This document shows, one piece after another, positions 51,064-59,371 of a stretch of 64,000 nt of DNA. Position numbers and translations under genes: made by a program. The notes beneath the pieces were generated by a model, which was given only the letters and a program-made list of their open reading frames with translations, had not been told where the DNA came from and did not search any database. This stretch comes from a bacterium (GTDB lineage Bacteria; Vulcanimicrobiota; Vulcanimicrobiia; Vulcanimicrobiales; Vulcanimicrobiaceae), in the NCBI GenBank assembly GCA_021790935.1, contig JAJYFL010000004.1, forward strand, positions 91,142 through 155,141, written 5' to 3'. The first letter of the stretch is position 1, and each line of letters begins with the position of its first letter.

Positions 51064-51563
51064 CCGAGTTTGCGCAACTCGTCGAAGATCTGTTCTTCGT
51101 CTGGCTGCTCGCCGATATCGTGCACGTCGACGTAACGGACGATTCCGTTCTTGTCGACGATGACGATCGTGCGCTCCGCCATCCCTTCGGCGCGGAGTAC
51201 GCCATATTTTTCGGCGACCGCGCCGTGCGGATAGAAGTCGCTAAGCAGCGGATACGTTATGCCGCCAAGCGTCTTTGCCCACGCGGCGTTCACGTGCGTG
51301 CTGTCGATCGAGATGCCCACAACTTGAGCATCGTAACCTTCGAAACGATCGAGATTCTCTTCGTACGAAGGCATTTGACTGGTTCAAACCGGCGTAAAGG
51401 CAAACGGATAGAACGCCATCACGACGTTCTTCTTTCCCTTGTTATCGGATAGCTTGAACGTGCCGCCGGTGTGCGACTTGAGTTCGAAATCCGGCGCGAC
51501 GTCGCCGGCCTTCAGCGTCTTGGTGCTGGAGGCCATGGATTTGCGTCCCTTGGTAACTGCCAT
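51060..51563 (-). CDS. BCP/PrxQ-type peroxiredoxin with an in-frame UGA at the peroxidatic Cys position (candidate selenoprotein; alternatively a nonsense pseudogene)
   Basis: Hand translation gives [59 protein letters not shown]-[TGA 51384-51386][35 protein letters not shown]... The TGA falls where FTPxC(T)xQ carries the catalytic Cys. A GGGGGTGA SD precedes the ATG at 51563. A hairpin with a GUAC loop lies ~16-30 nt downstream of the UGA. Confidence 0.6.
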
Positions 51564-51629
51564 ACTTGATTCTCACCCCCTCTCTCTGGAACGATGGCGC
51601 ACCCGCTCGGGCGCGCCCTCCCATGATTC

Positions 51630-52295
51630 TCAGATCTCGCGAATGGTTCCCGGTTCGACCGGATGGAGTAGCGAGTCGAGGGCGGCCAACAGCGTGGCCC
51701 GCTGATCTGCGACCTCTCCGGCCGCGCCGATCGGGGTCCCGATGGCATGGCGCACGGGATGGACCGCGCGCGGCGGACGCGCGGCCGCCGATTGGGCGGG
51801 CTCGACGGTGATCAGCATCGTCGGGATACCGGCGGCTTCGATGGCTCGTTGAACGTGCACGACCGTGCGGTGGCAGAGCGGTCAACCGCCGGTCAAGATC
51901 ACCAGGTCGGTCTGGCTGCGTTCGATCTTGCGCGCGATCTCGGGAGCCGTTTCGTCGAGCACTTGCTTGAGCCGAAGCGTGTAGCCCATCATGCCGAAGA
52001 ACTCGTGATTCAAACCTTTAATGGTACCGTCGGCAACGAACTCGCGCAACCGGTCGATGGGAAAGACGCAGTTGATATCGCGGTCGGCTTGCTCGTGGTC
52101 GTAATGCGCGTGCGTAACCATCAGCTCGCCGGTCGGCGTATCCGAGGCGATGACGCGATACGAGCCGTCGCCATCGACATCGTAGGGCTCTTGCGAGCGC
52201 AAATGGACTCCTGCGGTGCTCACGAGCGCCACCGTCGTCTCGGTCAAGTCGCGTGCGAACGGCGTATAGGGGATCGCGCGGCGTGAAAGTTCCAT
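51630..52295 (-). CDS. Selenoprotein B family protein (PrdB/GrdB-like) with an in-frame UGA in a UxxC motif (candidate selenoprotein)
   Basis: Two track ORFs (51882-52406 and 51630-51860) are joined in frame across TGA 51882-51884. The junction reads ...TDLVILTGG-U-PLCHRTVVHVQRAIEAAGIPTMLITVEP... This region, together with VALVSTAGVHL and DINCVFPIDRL...FFGMMG, resembles D-proline reductase PrdB / glycine reductase protein B. A GCAC-GGUC-GUGC hairpin places GU about 22-23 nt after the UGA. Start at Met38 (MELSRRAIPY), which follows GGAGGA. Confidence 0.6.
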
Positions 52296-52338
52296 TCCTC
52301 CGGGTTCGGCTCCGGCGGTGCGCCGGGCCTGCGCAAGA

Positions 52339-52373
52339 AAATAATTGACATTTATCAATATTTTCGCTACCAT
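52339..52373 (+). promoter_or_regulatory. Near-consensus sigma70 promoter (TTGACA-N17-TACCAT) inside an AT-rich imperfect palindrome
   Basis: AAAATAATTGACATTTATCAATATTTT is an AT island in a GC-rich genome. It is palindromic (AAAATA-ATTGA...TCAAT-ATTTT). It lies in the divergent region between the PrdB-like gene and the secreted protein gene. Confidence 0.5.
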
Positions 52374-52420
52374 GGGGCGTAAAATTCGGAATGGCGCCGC
52401 CCGCACGATTGGAGATCCCG

Positions 52421-53467
52421 ATGAGCCTTCGCAACCTCTTTGCGCTCACCGCCGTAGCGCTCTGTCTTGCCGCAACTCCGAAAGCGAAGCCGTTGACCTT
52501 CGCCGAGACGATGCGAACCGCGATTGCCGCGACGCCCTCGGATTTCGCCTCGCTTCGGGGCGCGGCCGAGCCGGCCACGCAATTCGAGCGGGAGTACGCC
52601 ACGCGGCCCGGCCCGCTCTCGTTCGTGACCATCGCCGATGAGTTCGCAACGCTATCGGAGCGCGAGCACTGGCTTCTGAGCTTCGATTGGAAGTTCGACC
52701 CTGGAACGACGACGGCAACGACTGTCGCCCGGACCGTCGCCGAGATGACTCCGCTCGTGAAGGGCTATCGTCTGACGCGATCGACGACGAAAGCGGGCAT
52801 CGTCCGCTTGTTATGGAGCGGACCCGCCGGACGCTCCATCGCGATTCACACCTACACCGTCTCGGCCACCAAGAGCGAGCCCGCTCATAACGGCGTTTCG
52901 GTCGCCGTAATGCAGACGCTGCCCAAGAACCTTCACGTTGCCGCGTACGTTCACGGAATCACCGCGGCTGCGCGCGCGACGGTCGTTCGCGCCGTGGGAC
53001 AGTCGGTCACCCTTGCAACGAGCGATGCGTCGACGAACTTCGCCGCCCTGCGCGGCGATGAACTCCCGCTCGGCGCCATCGATGCAATGATGGCGTCGGC
53101 TTTCGGCGATACGTTTCATCGGTATAAGACCAACGTCGCGTTCGACCGCGCGCTCTATACCTGCCAAATCGAATCCATCCACTTTCCCGCGAAGGAAAAG
53201 AATTTCAGCTCGAAGGACATCTTTGGATGCAAGACGCCGGTCTTCGGCGGCGCAAACGCCGCGTTGACTGCGTCCTTACGAGCGTCGATCCAAAACGCTC
53301 TCGGCTCCGCGTTTTCGTTCACGCCCGCGGATCCAAAGGACGCGTTCTCGGAGGATACGTGGAGCCGGACCGCCGACCAAACGGAAGTTACATTCGGCGC
53401 GAGTGATTCGCACGGTGGCGTCTATTACGAGATCAACGTCTACCACTACTTCCCAAACGGGACCTAA
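52421..53467 (+). CDS. Secreted hypothetical protein (signal peptide)
   Basis: Starts MSLRNLFALTAVALCLAATPKA, preceded by GGAG 6 nt upstream. No family assigned. Confidence 0.5.
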   Translation: MSLRNLFALTAVALCLAATPKAKPLTFAETMRTAIAATPSDFASLRGAAEPATQFEREYATRPGPLSFVTIADEFATLSEREHWLLSFDWKFDPGTTTATTVARTVAEMTPLVKGYRLTRSTTKAGIVRLLWSGPAGRSIAIHTYTVSATKSEPAHNGVSVAVMQTLPKNLHVAAYVHGITAAARATVVRAVGQSVTLATSDASTNFAALRGDELPLGAIDAMMASAFGDTFHRYKTNVAFDRALYTCQIESIHFPAKEKNFSSKDIFGCKTPVFGGANAALTASLRASIQNALGSAFSFTPADPKDAFSEDTWSRTADQTEVTFGASDSHGGVYYEINVYHYFPNGT

Positions 53468-53498
53468 CAGGTTTCTAACGGCCGGCCCCCTTCGGATC

Positions 53499-53521
53499 GT
53501 AGGAGGCTGTCGGCCTCCTAC
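53499..53521. repeat. Solo hairpin derived from the MITE-like element TIRs (GTAGGAGGCTGTCGG-CCTCCTAC)
   Basis: A 14-mer identical to the element 5' TIR is paired directly with its complement, forming a 9-bp stem. It sits between convergent genes. The TAG stop of the minus-strand lipoprotein gene (53518-53520) lies within it. Confidence 0.6.
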
Positions 53522-54030
53522 GGCGCCTGCCCAGCCGGGGTCGGCACGCTCACGCTGTGCGTTACGACGATGTCGGTTTCATCCTTCTTCGACGTGATCA
53601 TGATCGTCGTTCGATCGTTGGCGTCCTTGGAAACGGCGAATTCGGCGATCGAACTATCGCCCGACTCCACCTTCATCTGCTGGCTTCCGGCAGGCATTTG
53701 ACTCTTGTACCACTGGTAGACTTTCTCGAAGGGATCTGTCGTGGTCAGCGTGGCCATCTGGCCGCTGCCTTGCGGGCCGCTCATGGCGTAGCCCCCGTCT
53801 CCCACCACGGCACCCGGATAGACCGGCACGCCCAATTTGGAGACGTCGACGGCGCCCTTGCCCAGCGTCATCGAGCCGCCTTTGGTGGTGATGGTCGCTG
53901 TCTTGTTGTCTTGGCTGGTCGTCACGGTGGCCGCGCCGTTCGCGGTCAAAATCGTCGTCTTGTGGCCATGGCTGCAAGCGGCGAGGCCGGCGACCAGCAG
54001 CACCGGTGCGAACAAGCGAAACTTCCGCAT
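53518..54030 (-). CDS. Lipoprotein, hypothetical
   Basis: Signal peptide with a LAAC lipobox, then a Thr/Gly-rich 170-aa protein. Confidence 0.5.
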   Translation of the reverse strand: MRKFRLFAPVLLVAGLAACSHGHKTTILTANGAATVTTSQDNKTATITTKGGSMTLGKGAVDVSKLGVPVYPGAVVGDGGYAMSGPQGSGQMATLTTTDPFEKVYQWYKSQMPAGSQQMKVESGDSSIAEFAVSKDANDRTTIMITSKKDETDIVVTHSVSVPTPAGQAP

Positions 54031-54053
54031 GCTTCAACCTCCTTCGTGGTGAA

Positions 54054-54581
54054 ATGCCGCGCTACGTGCCGGAAAAATGCCACTCACACGCCTGCAGTCC
54101 CTGCCGCCTCGGGAGATTCTCTATCTCCGTGCCGACGCCACTGGGCCCTACGCTATTGGTAGCCGCAGACGAGCGCGGCATCGTCGCAAGCGCTTTCCAC
54201 CCGGCCAAGCGCCACGGCATCTCGGCAAACGGTACGCTCCCGTTGCTGATCGAGGCGGAGCGGCAGGTACGCGCCTATTTCGCGAGGCGCCTGCGGCGCT
54301 TCGATCTGCCGTTGCACTTGATCGGCACGCCCTTCCAACTCGCGGTGTGGCGTCTGGTCGCGCAGCTTGAATGCGGCGAATGCATCTCCTACGGCGAGAT
54401 CGCGCGCGCAGTTGGTCACCCGCTCTCGCACCGCGGGGCAGCTGCGGCGATGCGCGCGACGCCGCTGGACCTCATCATCCCCGCCCACCGCGTCCTGGGA
54501 AGCGACGGGCGCATCAAGGGCGCCGCACCGGGTTCGATGCGGCGGCGTCTGCTCGCATTCGAAGGCGTCAAGATCCGATGA
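54054..54581 (+). CDS. Methylated-DNA--protein-cysteine methyltransferase homolog with Ala replacing the active-site Cys (ATL-like)
   Basis: MGMT DNA-binding domain (TPFQLAVWRLVAQLECGECISYGEIA...) is present, but the active-site PCHRV is PAHRV (codon GCC). Confidence 0.65.
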   Translation: MPRYVPEKCHSHACSPCRLGRFSISVPTPLGPTLLVAADERGIVASAFHPAKRHGISANGTLPLLIEAERQVRAYFARRLRRFDLPLHLIGTPFQLAVWRLVAQLECGECISYGEIARAVGHPLSHRGAAAAMRATPLDLIIPAHRVLGSDGRIKGAAPGSMRRRLLAFEGVKIR

Positions 54582-55329
54582 GGCGGCGCCACTCCAGCAT
54601 GAGGCCGGCGCCGTTATTGCGGTCTGCCGCTTCACCCGTGCGCGTGAATTGCGCCGAAAAATCGATCGTGCGTATGCCGACGAGTAGTTCGGATTCGCGA
54701 TACCGGATGCCATAAGCGAGCGTCGCATCCACCTCGGAGGCACGTTCGTCTTTGTTCACTGCCGGTGACCCGTTGCTGTACAGGAAGCGATCGGCCCCGA
54801 ACAAGCGCGGCGCGGCGCCGACCAATACTTCAACGAACCGCGCCGCGCGCAGCGGTTGCTCGTACGCGAGTTCGTAGCGCGCCCCAGCGAGCCGCGACGA
54901 TGCAACCTGCGAGATGTTGGGCAGCGGCGTGCGCTGGTTGATGACCGTCGTGCCGGCGCCGATCCAGAGGCGCCGATTGCGGTCCACCGCGAAGCGCGCC
55001 GCACCGTTGAAGATGCCGACCGCCGGCGTCGCCTGCCCGTAATACGCGGAGGCGCGCTGCGGAATCGACACCGGTGGAATCCCCTCCAGCACGATGCCGA
55101 CACGCCCCATGCGCGCGCCGAACTCAAGCAGGGCGGCGCCGCCGACGCCGTACTGGCTGCCCGCAACATCGCGATGCACGCCGGTTACGAACAGCACCTG
55201 TAGGCCGGCATAAGCGTGGACCCGCACACGCGCCGCCGTTTTGGCTTGCACGCTCGTCCCCGTTAGCAATGCAGCCGCGCTAAGCGCAACGGCGAGCGCG
55301 CGCACGCGGCGGTTACTGTTTGGTTGCAT
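54568..55329 (-). CDS. Secreted beta-rich protein, possible outer-membrane beta-barrel
   Basis: A signal peptide (ALAVALSAAALLTGTSVQA) is followed by alternating hydrophobic beta-strand-like segments. Confidence 0.4.
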   Translation of the reverse strand: MQPNSNRRVRALAVALSAAALLTGTSVQAKTAARVRVHAYAGLQVLFVTGVHRDVAGSQYGVGGAALLEFGARMGRVGIVLEGIPPVSIPQRASAYYGQATPAVGIFNGAARFAVDRNRRLWIGAGTTVINQRTPLPNISQVASSRLAGARYELAYEQPLRAARFVEVLVGAAPRLFGADRFLYSNGSPAVNKDERASEVDATLAYGIRYRESELLVGIRTIDFSAQFTRTGEAADRNNGAGLMLEWRRLIGS

Positions 55330-56014
55330 CGACAAGCAGTATCCCGCGCCGGTTAGCGTTCGTGAAGTGGCGCATCGCTGCGACCGTCGCACCGATCGGA
55401 TTCTCCGGACGCATCAGTTCCGAGACGGAGTAGCCGGTACGTTTGCGGACGGCGTCGTCGAGCGGCCCGCGCAGCGGCCCAGGTAGGCTTTCGTAGGTGC
55501 CGAGCAGCGAAACGAGCGGGCCCAGCCGCTTATCGACCTGCACCGGATCCATCACGACCACGAGCAGCCGGGTCGGTTTACCGGCGCCGGCACCCCTGAA
55601 AGCCGTGAAGTCCAGTCCGAAGCGCCGCATCGCTGTCCTCGCGTCCGAAAGATCGGCAACGTCCGCGCGAAGGTAGCCCGCCGGCGGGCGGTCGTCGAGA
55701 CCGTTGAGCCACGCGCGCAGCTGCTCGAAAGATCCCGATGTCGACGCGATGACCTCACGGCTGCGGTAGGTTCCGGCGGGAAGCGCGAGCGGCGGATTCC
55801 CCGGTACGGTACCCTTGACGATCACGTGCGTACCGGCTGGAACGGCCAGCACCGTCGCGCCGGCATAGAGGGGGAAGCCGATCGGATCGGCCAGCGGCGC
55901 AACGGTCGGTGACGCGCGCCCCGCGTTACGCACTCCCGACTGCGACTGCCGAGAAGCGCAGCCTGCCAGTCCGCACGCCGCAAGCAACGCGATCGCAATA
56001 AAGATTCTCCGCAC
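55313..56014 (-). CDS. Lipoprotein, hypothetical
   Basis: A GTG start is preceded by GGGGGAGAAAGGGGG. Lipobox LLAACGLAGC. Confidence 0.45.
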   Translation of the reverse strand: MRRIFIAIALLAACGLAGCASRQSQSGVRNAGRASPTVAPLADPIGFPLYAGATVLAVPAGTHVIVKGTVPGNPPLALPAGTYRSREVIASTSGSFEQLRAWLNGLDDRPPAGYLRADVADLSDARTAMRRFGLDFTAFRGAGAGKPTRLLVVVMDPVQVDKRLGPLVSLLGTYESLPGPLRGPLDDAVRKRTGYSVSELMRPENPIGATVAAMRHFTNANRRGILLVDATKQ

Positions 56015-56111
56015 GTCCCGCCCCCTTTCTCCCCCGTCACCCTGAGCCGAAGGTTTCGAGGAGAAGCCGTGCCGGACCCGTAAGGCTTGCGATACCTTTC
56101 GGCGGTACGAC

Positions 56112-57458
56112 ATGACCGAGATGATCGTCGACCACACAGACGCAGGCGCCGCATTTCGGCGCCTTTCGCTTCCCCTTGCCGTTACGATGCTCGGCGATCA
56201 ACTGCTGGGCATCGTCGATACGATCGCGATCGGGAGCATGGGCACGGTGGCCCTCGCCGGAGTAACGGCTGCGGCCGCCGTCTTCGTCGCGGCAATCTAT
56301 GGCATCAGCGGATTCTCGAGCGGTCTTTCCATCGTGGCGGCTCAGCGAATCGGCGCGCACGACGTGGACGGTTTCGCGCGCAGCGTGCGCGCCGGCGCGA
56401 TCGTTCCGATGCTCTGCGCGATCGCGTGCGCGTTGCTCAGCATCCCGCTCTCGCTACCGATCGTACACGCCATGGTCGGCCCGCTGGCCAGCGTCAAGGC
56501 GAGTGCCGAGTACCTGACGGTCCGCTGCTTCTCCCTCATCCCGATCGTCGTCTCGGGAACGCTGATCGCGGGGCTCGGCGCCGCAGGTAACCGCAAGATG
56601 GGCGTCTACGTGTTGGCGCTCATCAATCTCGTGCACATCCCGCTGCTGCTCGTCCTGGCTCTAGGGTGGGGAACCCATCACCCGCTCGGCATCGTCGGAG
56701 CCGGCATCTCGTCCCTCACGTCCGAAGCGATCGCCGCCGCGTACGCCCTGATCTACGCGGCACGCCGGCCGATCTATCGCATCTTCGAACGTGCGCGCAA
56801 CATCGAATGGAAGCTCGCGTTGGAGATCGCACGCCTAGGACTGCCGGAGGCGATCTTCCTGATAGCCGTAGTTCTGCCCGACACCCTGATGATCGCGATG
56901 CTGGCGCAATTCGGCCCGACGGTCATTTCGGCGTTACGCGCGCTCAACATCGTCTCGGATCTCACCTTCGTCGTGCCGAGCCCCCTGCAGGCCGCCACGC
57001 AGACCGTGATAGGACAACGCTTGGGCGCCCGCGATATCGAAGGTGCGCGCCATTTCTTCTACCGAGCTCGACGGCTTTCGTTCTGGATTGCCGGGTCAAT
57101 GGGACTCGTCATCGCGGTCTTTGCCTGGCCGCTGGCTTACGTATTCACCCTCAACGCAGAGGTCGCAACTCTGGCCGCGCTTCCACTTGCCCTGCATATG
57201 ACCGCGCTGCCGATCAAAGGCTGGGCGATGGTATCGCTCGCTCCGATACGTGCCTCCGGCGACACGCGGTTCTCGATGTTCGTAGGGCTGCTGTGCGGCG
57301 CGCTCGTGCTGCCCATCGCCTGGATATGCATCAATCGCCTGCACGTCGAGCTCTATGCAGTGCCAATCGCGTGGATCGCCGCGTGGCTGGCGCGAGCGGC
57401 CCTGACGCAGTGGAAACTCCACGGCGATTCGTGGACGCGCGGCGCGCTCGCGGTCTAA
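56112..57458 (+). CDS. MATE family efflux transporter
   Basis: 12-TM protein with MATE signatures (TMLGDQLLGIVDTIAIG, bilobed repeat). Confidence 0.8.
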   Translation: MTEMIVDHTDAGAAFRRLSLPLAVTMLGDQLLGIVDTIAIGSMGTVALAGVTAAAAVFVAAIYGISGFSSGLSIVAAQRIGAHDVDGFARSVRAGAIVPMLCAIACALLSIPLSLPIVHAMVGPLASVKASAEYLTVRCFSLIPIVVSGTLIAGLGAAGNRKMGVYVLALINLVHIPLLLVLALGWGTHHPLGIVGAGISSLTSEAIAAAYALIYAARRPIYRIFERARNIEWKLALEIARLGLPEAIFLIAVVLPDTLMIAMLAQFGPTVISALRALNIVSDLTFVVPSPLQAATQTVIGQRLGARDIEGARHFFYRARRLSFWIAGSMGLVIAVFAWPLAYVFTLNAEVATLAALPLALHMTALPIKGWAMVSLAPIRASGDTRFSMFVGLLCGALVLPIAWICINRLHVELYAVPIAWIAAWLARAALTQWKLHGDSWTRGALAV

Positions 57459-57533
57459 ACCGAACCCGCAACCGGTTAAGCGAGGGAGGGTCAGCCCTCC
57501 TGGCCGTATAAGGGCTCGAGCAAGGAGCGTGCT

Positions 57534-58595
57534 ATGATGAAGCTTTCGACACCCTTTTCTATCGCGTGCCTTGCCGCAGCGCTGTTGATGCCCTTCCCAG
57601 CGCGCGCGCAGCTTTCGTTCCCCTCGCTTCCGGGGGCGGGCAATTTGGCCGTGCAGGCCGCGGCCAAGCAGCTCGCTCCGTACGTCGAACAGAATCAGCC
57701 GGTGATCCTCGACTGGAAGGCCATCTACCCGACCGTGCCGGTCCTGCCGGGCGCCGCCTTTCACCCAACCAAGAGTCTCCGCGTGCAATCGGCGCTGGAA
57801 GCCGCCGTCGCCAGGCAGTTGCACAACTCGACGACCGGCACCGTTCTGCTGCCGCCCGGCGATTACGCGATTCCCGTGCGCCTGTTTTGCACCGACATCC
57901 ATCGCCATGCCAACTCGCCGTTCATCTATCTGCTCGGGCCGCTGCGCGGGTCGCGTGCTGGCCTCTTGACGCGGTTGTATGCGAACGCGGCAACGGTGCT
58001 TCCCCCAACATTCGACATGCAGTCGCTCTCATGGGACATGCAGGCCGGCATGAGCTACCCGCAGTTGGGGGTAGCGCAGCAGGCGCTCTACAATCGCTTG
58101 CTCCCCGGTGAATCGGGCCTCATCGCGCAGAACTTCCTGTCTATGGTTCGCGATCGCTGGAACACGATCTCGGGCACCATTCCCGGCGTACCGTCCTTCG
58201 ACGGCGCAATTGGCCAGATGGGAGCGACCGGCGCAACGATTGAGACCCTGCAATCCGCGCAGAACGAGATCATCGCCGATGCCGGAAACTTCGACGCCCT
58301 GCGTAGCGCGCTCGTTCTCGGCCCTCTTGGAACGCCAGATTCGAATATCATGGACACACCGTGGAGCGTACCGTCGGCGCGCGTCTATCTGCGCGTGTTG
58401 ACCGAAGGCGCTTTCATGAGCATCGGGCTGCTGGAGATTCGCGTGGTCGCTCCGGACCGTGCGCGAGTACCGATTACGAGCAACATCTCGTATCCGCCGG
58501 CCTGCCTGCAGTGCCAGCCGCTGACGATGCACCCATTGCGCGGTGACCAGCCGCAGCCGGCGTTGCCCCAGTCTGTGGGCGTCTTCGCACGGTAG
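57534..58595 (+). CDS. Secreted hypothetical protein
   Basis: Signal peptide MMKLSTPFSIACLAAALLMPFPARAQ. No family assigned. Confidence 0.5.
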   Translation: MMKLSTPFSIACLAAALLMPFPARAQLSFPSLPGAGNLAVQAAAKQLAPYVEQNQPVILDWKAIYPTVPVLPGAAFHPTKSLRVQSALEAAVARQLHNSTTGTVLLPPGDYAIPVRLFCTDIHRHANSPFIYLLGPLRGSRAGLLTRLYANAATVLPPTFDMQSLSWDMQAGMSYPQLGVAQQALYNRLLPGESGLIAQNFLSMVRDRWNTISGTIPGVPSFDGAIGQMGATGATIETLQSAQNEIIADAGNFDALRSALVLGPLGTPDSNIMDTPWSVPSARVYLRVLTEGAFMSIGLLEIRVVAPDRARVPITSNISYPPACLQCQPLTMHPLRGDQPQPALPQSVGVFAR

Positions 58596-58599
58596 GCTC

Positions 58600-59367
58600 C
58601 TAGGGCTCTCGCAGCACCTCGCGCAGCTGCTCGTGAATCGCTCCGTTGCTAGCGAGAATCGACCCCGCGTCGACGCGCGCCGCCGAACCGTCGACCTGCG
58701 TGACCGTGCCGCCGGCCTCGCGGATCAACAGCGTGCCGGCGGCCACGTCCCATGGGTGAAGGTCGAACTCCCAGAAACCGTCGTAGCGTCCGAGGGCCAC
58801 GTAGGCCAGATCGAGCGCGGCGGAGCCATCCCGCCGGACGGCCTGCGCGCGAGCCGAAACCGCGCGAAAGTACGGGCCGTTCCGGTCGAAATCCGCCGGC
58901 ATGAAACCCGTGCAGGTTAGCGCGTCGCCAAGGCGAGCGATGGCGGAGACCGCGATGGGCGCTCCCTCGAGGCACGCGCCCGCACCGCGTTCCGCCGCGA
59001 AACATTCGCGCATCAGCGGCGCGTAGACGACGCCCGCGATGAGTTCGCCATCGCGTTCGTAGGCTATCGAGACGCAAAAGAACGGATATCCGTGCGCGTA
59101 GTTCGTCGTTCCGTCGAGCGGATCGACGATCCAGCGCTCGGACGAGGTCCCGCCATACAGCCCGCCCTCCTCGCCCAAGATCGTCGCGTTCGGGAAAGCG
59201 CCGCGCAGGCGCGCGACGATGCAGCGCTCGCTGGCCCGATCCGCATCGGTTACGATATCCGCACGGCGCGTCTTCTCGGTAACGTGCAGCGGCTCGTGGA
59301 GGTAGCGTAGCAAGAGATCTCCCGCTTCGCGCGCGGCCTCCAGGGCGACGGTCAACGGATCTTCCAT
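58600..59367 (-). CDS. suhB: Inositol monophosphatase family protein
   Basis: WIVDPLDGTTNYAHGYP and the downstream DxxxG...WDxAAG motifs. Confidence 0.85.
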   Translation of the reverse strand: MEDPLTVALEAAREAGDLLLRYLHEPLHVTEKTRRADIVTDADRASERCIVARLRGAFPNATILGEEGGLYGGTSSERWIVDPLDGTTNYAHGYPFFCVSIAYERDGELIAGVVYAPLMRECFAAERGAGACLEGAPIAVSAIARLGDALTCTGFMPADFDRNGPYFRAVSARAQAVRRDGSAALDLAYVALGRYDGFWEFDLHPWDVAAGTLLIREAGGTVTQVDGSAARVDAGSILASNGAIHEQLREVLREP

Positions 59368-59371
59368 CGCG

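Noticed and set aside
51374-51563. Treating the 104-aa ORF 51060-51374 as a truncated peroxiredoxin fragment or pseudogene
   Set aside because: The missing N-terminus, including the start codon and SD, is intact immediately upstream. It is separated only by one in-frame TGA at the catalytic position, so a single Sec-containing gene is a better explanation than truncation. Pseudogenisation is kept as the alternative in the findings.
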